Below are positions 56,825-64,000 of a stretch of 64,000 nt of DNA, in pieces. Positions within the stretch are counted from its first letter, which is position 1. Each line of letters begins with the position of its first letter. A program made the position numbers and the translations under genes. The notes beneath the pieces were generated by a model. It saw nothing but the letters and a program-made list of their open reading frames with translations, made no database searches and was not told the origin of the DNA. The DNA is from a bacterium. Its GTDB lineage: Bacteria > Electryoneota > Electryoneia > Electryoneales > Electryoneaceae. Location of the stretch: contig CAXXKJ010000002.1 of the NCBI GenBank assembly GCA_963675295.2, forward strand, positions 3,200,001 through 3,264,000, given 5' to 3'.

Positions 56825-58696
56825 CTAGCCCTGCAGCTCCATGGGTTGACGTTCTCCGCCGGTGTCCGGTTCGCCGTCGATCTCTTCTGTGTTCGACTGC
56901 TTCCAGAAGCCTCGACCAGCCCTCATCGCGTCGTCCTGGAGCTGACGGTACTCGTCGGCCCGTTCGTGATCGACCGTCGGATCGGCCAACGCATACCCGT
57001 TTTCGATCATCCACGCACCAACGTCGACACCACCCGCTTCCAGGTACGCCGTCAGGTCGTTGGACTGGTCGGTCAGCTGCGGTGGCGGATAGTGCAGCGC
57101 GACGCCGTCCCCCTGGAATTCGTCGCTCGCAGCTTCGATGGCGACCAGGATCCGGGCTTCGTCAGACGCAAAGTCCCCAGCGGTCACACCCAGCAGGTGA
57201 GCGTTGCGTCCACCATCGAGAACGACCATGTCCGTCGAGGCGAACTGGTCGATACTGTCCCTGCTGCTGATCCAGGTGACCAGCACCGCGACCATGGCGG
57301 CGATACCGATGATCGCGCCGATCATGAAGATCGGATGACCCGGCTTCCCACCCCCGCCTGCTTCTCCACCCGCGGAGGTTGCTGCTTCGTGTTCGGCCTG
57401 GTGGATGATCGGGTCGAGCCAGCGCAGCAGCATCATCGCGACGACAAACACCGCCGCAGCGGCAGCGATGAAGATCATGAAGAAGGTGGAGTGCGGGATC
57501 GCCCCCCACAGGCCACCCCCGACCGCACCGGCTAGGTAGTTGCCGATGGCGGTTGAGACGAACCACCCGCCCATCATCATCCCCATTAGTTGCGGAGGCG
57601 CCAGTTTACTGACCAGCGACAGTCCCATCGGGCTGAGGCATAGCTCGCCGGTGGTGATGACGGCATAGGTACTGACCAGCCAGACGACACCGACCTTGCC
57701 TTCGTTCCCACCGAACAGGCTCGCACCGGTCATAATGGTGTACGCCACGGCCGTCAGCAGCATGCCGATGGCCAGCTTGGCAGCGGTGGACGGCTCCTTC
57801 TTCCGGAAGCGCAGGCGTTGCCAGAACGCGATCAACGGGAAAGTCAGCAGCAGGATGAACGCCGGGTTGATCGAGCTGAAGATCTCCGGTTGCAGGATGG
57901 TATTGCTGGCGTTCCGTGCCCAGAAGGTCAGGGTCAGGCCCTGCTGGCTGAACGCCATCCAGAAGACGATTACCACGAGGAAGACGACGATCAACGCACC
58001 GACGCGTTTCTTCGCCACGGCCGGGTCGATCTTGTCCATCCCTTCCTTGTGGTCCAACCGTGAAGCTGCCGGGCCGATGTCGCCGGCCTTGACATACTTC
58101 TGGAAGATGAGGAACACCAGCATCGATACGACCATGCCGATGGCTGCGGTGGCGAAGGCAGCGTGCCAGCCCCACATGTTCCGTGCCCACGCGGCGACCA
58201 GCGGGGACGCGAACGCGCCGAGGTTGATGCCGAGGTAGAAGATGTTGTAGCCATCATCCTTCTTGTCCGGCATGTCACGGTAGAGGTTGCCGAGCATGGT
58301 CGAGATGTTCGGCTTGAACAGCCCGTTCCCGATAATCAGCGCGATTAGTCCACCGAAGAAGAATGGCAGCGGCCGGAAGGCCAGCAGCAGGTGTCCGAGG
58401 ATGAAGAACGCACCGCCGAGCATGACGGTTCGCCGGATCCCCAGCACGCGGTCGGCGATAATGCCGCCGAACAGCGGGGTGAAGTAGACGATGCCGATGT
58501 ACAGGCCGTAGATCTGCCCGGTCTTGGTCACGGAAAATCCGAGACCGCCGTCCTCCACCGGAGCATTCATGTACAGCGACAGGATCGCCAGCATGCAGTA
58601 GAAGCTGAACCGTTCCCACATCTCCGTCAGGAACAGGACGGGCAATCCCTTGGGGTGTTTGACTTTGGCAGGTGCCAGTGATGCCGCGTTGGCCAT
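56825..58696 (-). CDS. POT/PTR family peptide:H+ symporter with extra TM helix and C-terminal SNase-like domain
   Basis: HPKGLPVLFLTEMWERFSFY (ExxERFxYY-like), GNGLFKPNIS, FYLGINLGA, GELCLSPMGLS; tail DVGAWMIENGYA...EYRQLQDDAMRAGRGFW. Confidence 0.9.
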   Translation of the reverse strand: MANAASLAPAKVKHPKGLPVLFLTEMWERFSFYCMLAILSLYMNAPVEDGGLGFSVTKTGQIYGLYIGIVYFTPLFGGIIADRVLGIRRTVMLGGAFFILGHLLLAFRPLPFFFGGLIALIIGNGLFKPNISTMLGNLYRDMPDKKDDGYNIFYLGINLGAFASPLVAAWARNMWGWHAAFATAAIGMVVSMLVFLIFQKYVKAGDIGPAASRLDHKEGMDKIDPAVAKKRVGALIVVFLVVIVFWMAFSQQGLTLTFWARNASNTILQPEIFSSINPAFILLLTFPLIAFWQRLRFRKKEPSTAAKLAIGMLLTAVAYTIMTGASLFGGNEGKVGVVWLVSTYAVITTGELCLSPMGLSLVSKLAPPQLMGMMMGGWFVSTAIGNYLAGAVGGGLWGAIPHSTFFMIFIAAAAAVFVVAMMLLRWLDPIIHQAEHEAATSAGGEAGGGGKPGHPIFMIGAIIGIAAMVAVLVTWISSRDSIDQFASTDMVVLDGGRNAHLLGVTAGDFASDEARILVAIEAASDEFQGDGVALHYPPPQLTDQSNDLTAYLEAGGVDVGAWMIENGYALADPTVDHERADEYRQLQDDAMRAGRGFWKQSNTEEIDGEPDTGGERQPMELQG

Positions 58697-58810
58697 CTCC
58701 CTCTCCTCTCGCCTCTCGACAGAAACCGCGCAGGTGCTGCATTGCCTTCAGATGTTCGGCAATATAGCCACCAGCCTTGCCAGATCAACCCGAAAGCCAC
58801 GGAAACACGG

Positions 58811-60037
58811 ATGACAGCGCCACCGTCCCGGAGACAGCGAAGCCCTCACCCTGACTCGATATCGTCCCGGTTGCTCGCGTGGTACGACGCTGATCACCGC
58901 GATCTGCCGTGGCGTCTGGACGATCCCGACCCGTACCGCGTCTGGGTCAGCGAGATCATGCTGCAACAGACCCGTGTCGACACTGTCCTGCGCTACTACG
59001 ACCGTTTCCTCACGGCGTTCCCGGACGTTCACACCCTCGCCGCGGCTGATGACGATATGTTGCTGTTGTCCTGGGAGGGATTGGGCTACTACCGTCGCGC
59101 GCGGAACCTGCGGAACGGCGCACAGGCCGTCGTCTCCGAGTGGCTGGGTGAACGGGACCGTTGGCCACGCACAGCCGCCGAGTGGCAGACGCTACCCGGT
59201 GTCGGCGCGTACACCGCCGCGGCGCTGGCGTCCATCTGCGGCAACGAACCGGCGGCGGTGGTGGACGGCAACGTCAAGCGTGTGCTGGCACGCGTCTTCG
59301 GCATCACCCTTCCAATCAACAGCAGCGCCGGCACCAGCGCCGTGCAGCAACGTGCGGACGAGCTGGTCCCGGCGGATCGTCCCGGCGACCACAACCAGGC
59401 GTTGATGGAACTCGGCGCGGTCGTGTGTACGCCGAAGTCCCCCGGTTGCGGGACGTGCCCGTTGCACGCGGACTGTGTCGCGTACCAGGATGGCCGGACT
59501 GCCGAACTACCGGTGAAAACGCCGAAGAAACCGGTGCCGCACCATCACGTCGCGGCAGCGGTGATCCGTGACGCGGACGGTGCAATCCTGATCCAACGCC
59601 GTCCTGATGATGGTATGCTCGGCGGCCTCTGGGAACTGCCGTCTGTGCTGCTTCCGGCGGGTGATTCGGGTACGGACCGCACGCGGGCGGGGGCGTCGGC
59701 TACGGACCGTCCAGGTGACGCCGCTACCTCCACGGACCCTGCGCGGGTGGATGAAACCGGTCCGCTGCTTCTGTGCGACCAGGTCGCCGATCTGCTTGGC
59801 ACGGATGCGTTCACCATCGGCGAAGCGGTCGCGCACGCCCGTCACGTGTACAGCCACTTCAGCATCGAAGTGAGAGCATACCCGGTGGATGCGAACATCA
59901 CCTCACCCTCTGCGTTAACCGGCGGCGGGTCCCACGGCCTCGCCTGGCTGACGCCGTCTACCCGTGACCAGTTCGCGCTGCACAAGGTGCAGGACAAGCT
60001 GGTTCGCGCGCTCTGGGATGATCAGCTCCGCCTCTGA
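58811..60037 (+). CDS. mutY: A/G-specific adenine DNA glycosylase
   Basis: RDLPWR, VSEIMLQQTRV, WEGLGYYRRARNL, LPGVGAYTAAA, VDGNVKRV, C-x6-C-x2-C-x5-C Fe-S motif, GGLWELP; probable start ATG 58811. Confidence 0.95.
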   Translation: MTAPPSRRQRSPHPDSISSRLLAWYDADHRDLPWRLDDPDPYRVWVSEIMLQQTRVDTVLRYYDRFLTAFPDVHTLAAADDDMLLLSWEGLGYYRRARNLRNGAQAVVSEWLGERDRWPRTAAEWQTLPGVGAYTAAALASICGNEPAAVVDGNVKRVLARVFGITLPINSSAGTSAVQQRADELVPADRPGDHNQALMELGAVVCTPKSPGCGTCPLHADCVAYQDGRTAELPVKTPKKPVPHHHVAAAVIRDADGAILIQRRPDDGMLGGLWELPSVLLPAGDSGTDRTRAGASATDRPGDAATSTDPARVDETGPLLLCDQVADLLGTDAFTIGEAVAHARHVYSHFSIEVRAYPVDANITSPSALTGGGSHGLAWLTPSTRDQFALHKVQDKLVRALWDDQLRL

Positions 60038-60070
60038 TGTGTCCTCTGTGCGTGTTGTGTCCTGTGTCGT

Positions 60071-60112
60071 GGGCTGCGGGCTGCGGGCTGCGGTCGGCGG
60101 ACTGCGGATGGC
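60071..60112. repeat. Heptamer tandem repeat (gggctgc x3 plus variants)
   Basis: gggctgc gggctgc gggctgc ggtcggc ggactgc ggatggc; related in reverse complement to ccgcagc/ccgccgt at 28669-28696. Confidence 0.75.
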
Positions 60113-60176
60113 ACGGAGCTTCGGCTCTTGCCCGTGTTGGCTCTGACAACGCGGGTCCCCGTGGGGCGCTGCTCGT

Positions 60177-60305
60177 GTGTCATGCTGAATGGAACGAAGA
60201 GGAATGAAGCATCTGGGTCATACAGCGGTGGCAGGTTCCTCGTTGCACCTTAACCGGTTCATCCAGCAGATCCTTCATCCAATACGACCGGATTCAGGAT
60301 GACAC
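60177..60305. repeat. Miniature inverted-repeat element of the TGTCAT(C/G)CTGA...TCAGGATGACA type
   Basis: Termini GTGTCATGCTGAAT / ATTCAGGATGACAC and inner pair TGAAGCATCTG / CAGATCCTTCA. Confidence 0.7.
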
Positions 60306-60602
60306 CCCGTGAGGTGGTGCAGGGGAGGACAAAGCATGCACACTGGGCACACTGCCGTGCCCCGCTCCCCCACCCATGTAATTCCGTTACACGTATTGGC
60401 ACAAGGCAACTCCTCGTGAAATCACAGCTTCCGTGTCTCTCTTCGCCTCCTCATGATTCCCTAACTTCTCTGTTCTGATTTGGCAAACTGCGAAAAACTG
60501 CTATCTTCATTGCGGACTTTGGGGGATGCACAGGATGGATGATGGTTTACCTTCCGTCTGACCGCAAGGCATGTCCGTATCATCAACTGAGGGAGAGGAC
60601 GC

Positions 60603-61988
60603 ATGACTCGATGCAACCGGGGAGTGCTGATCATTGGCCTTCTGCTTGTGCTGGCGCCAACGCTGGTATTCGCGGGAGGCTTTAATCTTGCCGGTGCTGG
60701 CATGAAGGGTCTGGCGATGTCTGGTGCATTCCGGGCGATCGCGGACGACTGGAGTGCGATGTACTGGAACCCCGCAGGCTTGGCGGGGCAAGGGACGGGG
60801 ATCTATCTCGAGGCGAAGGTCCTCTTTCCGAACACCAGGATTATTCCGAACACGCCGAGCACCGTGCCCGGCTACGACGGCTACTACCTCTATCGGAATG
60901 GGGTGGAACAGTCGTCGGTTAACGGCGGCCGTCCCACCGGCTCTTTCGCCTTCCAGTGGCAGTTCAGCGAAAAGCTGACCGCCGGGCTGTCGGCGTTTAC
61001 GCCGAACGCGCTCGGTGCCGACTGGGAAAACCTTTACCTCGGGCCGTACCCCGGCTACGGGGACAACCCGGAGTATCCGGACCAGGCGTGGATGTCCAGC
61101 ATGTACGTCATCGACATTCACCCGACGGTCGGGTACATGGTGACGGAGAAGCTGTCTGTCGGTGCGGGCCTGTCGGTTAAGGTCGCGAGCATCGAGCTGC
61201 AGTCGCCGGCGTTGGTCCCGGGTGTGAATCCGGCAACCGGCGACCGTCTGCCGCTGCCGGGTTCGCATTACTTCATTGACGCCACGCTCAAGGGCAGCGA
61301 AATCGGTGTCGGGTTCAACCTCGGCGTGCTGTACCATGTCAACGACAAGCTGTCGACGGCGCTGACGTACGTCGGACCGTCCCTGATCCCGATCGACGGT
61401 ACGCTCAGCCAGACCCTCTACCTCCCCGCCATGGCGGGCGGCGGAGCACTGGATGCCGAACCGGATGCCAAGGCGGACTTCCCGATCCCGATGGAAGTGG
61501 GTGCGGGGATCGCGTACAAGTTCACCCCGGAGTTTACCGCGGCGTTCGACGTCAAGTGGACCCAATGGTCGTCGCTGGACGTGATCGACATCGAGCTGGA
61601 TGGCACGGATCCGACCGGCCAGCCGGCGGACGACACGGAGCTGATCCTCAACTGGGAGGATACGGTCCGGTTCAACATCGGCTTCATGTGGGATGTCAAT
61701 GAAGCGGTGCAGCTGCGTGGCGGCTACTACTTCGACCCGTCCCCGATCCCCGGCGAGACCATGCGTCCGACCATTACCGACGTCGCCGACAAGCACAGCT
61801 GGAGCTTCGGCGTCGGCTACGACTTCGGCAATGGCTTCACCGTGGACGGCACGTACCAGCACCTCTGGGGTAACGACAACGAAGCTGAAGCTGCGGACCA
61901 CGACGGCGACGGCCTGTACGACAACGTGCCCGGCACGTGGAACATGCAGGTCATCACCATCGGCATGCAGCTTGGCTACCGCTTCTAA
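60603..61988 (+). CDS. FadL/OmpP1 family outer-membrane transporter
   Basis: Signal peptide then AGGFNL, AMSGAFRAIADDWSAMYWNPAGL hatch motif; WTQWSS, WEDT, LRGGYYFD; C-terminal YRF. Confidence 0.92.
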   Translation: MTRCNRGVLIIGLLLVLAPTLVFAGGFNLAGAGMKGLAMSGAFRAIADDWSAMYWNPAGLAGQGTGIYLEAKVLFPNTRIIPNTPSTVPGYDGYYLYRNGVEQSSVNGGRPTGSFAFQWQFSEKLTAGLSAFTPNALGADWENLYLGPYPGYGDNPEYPDQAWMSSMYVIDIHPTVGYMVTEKLSVGAGLSVKVASIELQSPALVPGVNPATGDRLPLPGSHYFIDATLKGSEIGVGFNLGVLYHVNDKLSTALTYVGPSLIPIDGTLSQTLYLPAMAGGGALDAEPDAKADFPIPMEVGAGIAYKFTPEFTAAFDVKWTQWSSLDVIDIELDGTDPTGQPADDTELILNWEDTVRFNIGFMWDVNEAVQLRGGYYFDPSPIPGETMRPTITDVADKHSWSFGVGYDFGNGFTVDGTYQHLWGNDNEAEAADHDGDGLYDNVPGTWNMQVITIGMQLGYRF

Positions 61989-62004
61989 ACGGGAGGAGAC
62001 GACA

Positions 62005-63288
62005 ATGCGTGAACGATTGACACTGTTCGGCCTTGCCGCGCTGCTTCTCCTGCTGGCAGGCTGCGCCGAAGAGATTGAAGCGCCGACTGATGTCTGGGTC
62101 GGACGTGAAGGCACCATCGAAACCATGGCGGACCCGATCGCGGAAGCGTTGAATCCGTCGGACGCCGACGGTGCACAAACCCTGATCTACCTGCCGGACG
62201 GCTACTCTGCGTCCGGTGATGCCTACCCCGTGGTGTACATGCTGCACGGGTACGGTGGTGACGAAAACATGTTCCCGACCATCTTCGGGATCACTGCCCT
62301 GTTCGACGAGATGATCGCGTCGGAAGTCGTCGAGCCGTTCGTCGCGGTCTTCCCGAACGGTGACAACGAACTGGCCGGCACCTTCTACCAGAACAGCCCG
62401 TATCCGCTGGTCGGTGCGTCCGCTGACCGCATGATGGCACTGGTCGGTTCGGTTGAAGCGGCGTACAACGTCAGCACCGATCCGGCCGGCAAAGCGATCT
62501 GCGGATTGTCGATGGGCGGCTACGGTGCCCTCAGCCTCGCGTTGGAGAATGCTGGTGAGTTCGGCTTCGTCGGCGTGCTCTCCGGCCCGGTCAGCTTCTG
62601 GGGCGAACGGACCGCTGATCCGGTGAACATCCCGAACACGGACGATGTCTACGCCGGTATCGAGGAACTCCTGCCAGCCGTGCTCGCCCAGGGTGGCTTC
62701 ACACCGGACCCGAACTGGGATCCCCTGATCCCGGACCCGGACCTGACATCTGCCTACCAGGCGGCGATGTTGAACGGCTTGCAGCAAGGCCCGCCGACGT
62801 CAATGATGTTCGCGATGGCTGCGGCGTTCAGCCCCGGTGATCCGGCGAACCCAGGCCCGACGTACGTCCAGTTCGATCCGAACCTGCCGGGCGTGGAACT
62901 GCCGATCGGTCTTGACGGCGAGATCTTCCTGCCGGTGTGGAACCTGTGGATGGCCCGCGACATCATCGCTCGCCTCTCCACCGATCCCGCTCAGCAGGCT
63001 GCGATGGCCGGAATGGACATCTACATGGCCTGCGGCCTGTCCGACGACCTCGGCCTGTTTGGCGCGCATGCGGTGCTGGCAACAGTGCTGGTAAACAACT
63101 TCGGCGTCGACTTCACCGCCGGTGACAATGTCAACCGCTTCTTCGGCACGCCGAATAATCCGGACGCCGGTTTCCCGTTTGACGGCGGCACGATTGACGA
63201 CGTCTTCGGCGGATTCCCGGCGGGCCACACCGAAGCCGCGCGTGAAGAGCTGCGTTTGATCGTCGAATGGTTGGACGGCAAGTTCTAA
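62005..63288 (+). CDS. Lipoprotein esterase, alpha/beta hydrolase (PF00756-like)
   Basis: ATG 62005 after GGAGGAG; lipobox LAGC; IYLPDGY...YPVVYMLHGYGG; GLSMGG nucleophile elbow; C-terminal AGH. Confidence 0.88.
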   Translation: MRERLTLFGLAALLLLLAGCAEEIEAPTDVWVGREGTIETMADPIAEALNPSDADGAQTLIYLPDGYSASGDAYPVVYMLHGYGGDENMFPTIFGITALFDEMIASEVVEPFVAVFPNGDNELAGTFYQNSPYPLVGASADRMMALVGSVEAAYNVSTDPAGKAICGLSMGGYGALSLALENAGEFGFVGVLSGPVSFWGERTADPVNIPNTDDVYAGIEELLPAVLAQGGFTPDPNWDPLIPDPDLTSAYQAAMLNGLQQGPPTSMMFAMAAAFSPGDPANPGPTYVQFDPNLPGVELPIGLDGEIFLPVWNLWMARDIIARLSTDPAQQAAMAGMDIYMACGLSDDLGLFGAHAVLATVLVNNFGVDFTAGDNVNRFFGTPNNPDAGFPFDGGTIDDVFGGFPAGHTEAAREELRLIVEWLDGKF

Positions 63289-63310
63289 GGGTTGGCTGAC
63301 CAGACAATCC

Positions 63311-63345
63311 ACACCCCGAGGCGAATCGTTTCGGGGTGTTTTTTT
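63311..63345 (+). terminator. Intrinsic terminator
   Basis: ACACCCCGAGGCG-aat-CGTTTCGGGGTGT-TTTTTT. Confidence 0.75.
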
Positions 63346-63575
63346 GCTCTTGCGATAAGGCTGGAATCAGCTTCGTTGACATGCGTGGACGCTCTCACTT
63401 GAATGAGCATCGTGTTAGTTGAGTGCGAAGAATCTGGCGGGATTTTAAGCTGTGGCTGGGTTTGAGACGTGTTTCGTAAGGGGAGTCTAACCCGCCGATG
63501 CGAGGAGAATGGGATTGCAATCGCATGGGTTGCGGAGTCATTTTTACGACCGAGTACAGGGTGTGACGCCAAAGT

Positions 63576-63656
63576 TTGTGATGAATTTCGCAAATAGAGA
63601 CGCCCACCCATTTTTTCAGGGTGCGATTTCTCCAAAGTTTGTGATATTTTACGCAA
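63576..63656. promoter_or_regulatory. Two Rex- or CRP/FNR-like operator boxes 63 bp apart
   Basis: TTGTGAtgaattTCGCAA (63576-63593) and TTGTGAtattttACGCAA (63639-63656), each preceded by CCAAAGT. Confidence 0.6.
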
Positions 63657-63736
63657 AACAAGCGGAAGCAAACCGGAACTGGTGATTCGTTCGGCAGATG
63701 ACTGGTTTGTAAGGAACGACACTTTTGGGAGAGCAC

Positions 63737-64000
63737 ATGCACGCGAAGCGCTGGTTGGCATACCTGGCCGTGTTCTCGCTGCTGTTCAGCCTTGGCTACC
63801 TGGTCACCGGGTGTTCGGAAGAAGACGATGACAATCCGGTGGATCCGACAGCTGGGCCGTACTCGATGAGCAGCGAAGAGACCTGCGAAGGGTGCCACAC
63901 CAACGAGGACATGCTGAAAGCAACGGTGGCTGAGGACACGAGCGGTACGTCCGAATCCACGGGCGAGGGTTGAGGCGGCAGCGTCCCCGAGCTGGAAGCT
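63737..64000 (+). CDS. c-type cytochrome lipoprotein, probably read through UGA (Sec) and truncated by the window edge
   Basis: ATG 63737; lipobox VTGC; CEGCH heme motif; ...ESTGEG-TGA(63971-63973)-GGSVPELEA, open to the end of the window. Confidence 0.7.

Overview
A GC-rich bacterial window, probably from an FCB-superphylum lineage (inferred from the abundance of Por/T9SS-type C-terminal sorting domains, a TonB receptor and FadL). It is dominated by a large set of predicted secreted proteins: 14 genes end in an intact PNP(F/A)N...K(V/L/I/A)xxx(K/R/Q) sorting domain (CTD) and one has a CTD reduced to its last residues. Their passengers are FG-GAP/VCBS, LVIVD, YVTN-type propeller, LamG, 5'-nucleotidase, S8 protease and unknown domains. 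Interspersed are a CMK-like/TauE/response regulator/histidine kinase operon, a PsiE + cytochrome bd-superfamily/octaheme operon, a tandem M14 peptidase pair, PutP, a POT transporter with a nuclease-like tail, mutY, FadL + esterase, and the 5' end of a probable selenocysteine-containing cytochrome c lipoprotein. The most notable signals are: (1) DNA-level evidence that passengers are swapped onto shared CTD-coding 3' ends (a 234-bp and a 76-bp direct repeat, base-composition switches at domain borders); (2) a precise 3' half of tRNA-Arg(TCG) that looks like an att site, plus dispersed GGGGACA repeats; (3) an unnamed single-Cys 'HFxPVDPTG...FDGDLCVG' domain repeated four times around the TonB receptor; (4) the in-frame UGA in GEG-U-GG at the right edge, preceded by twin Rex/CRP-like boxes; (5) a POT transporter fused to a degenerate SNase fold. 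No integrase, transposase, reverse transcriptase, CRISPR array or rRNA was seen. All calls come from reading the sequence; no database search was run.
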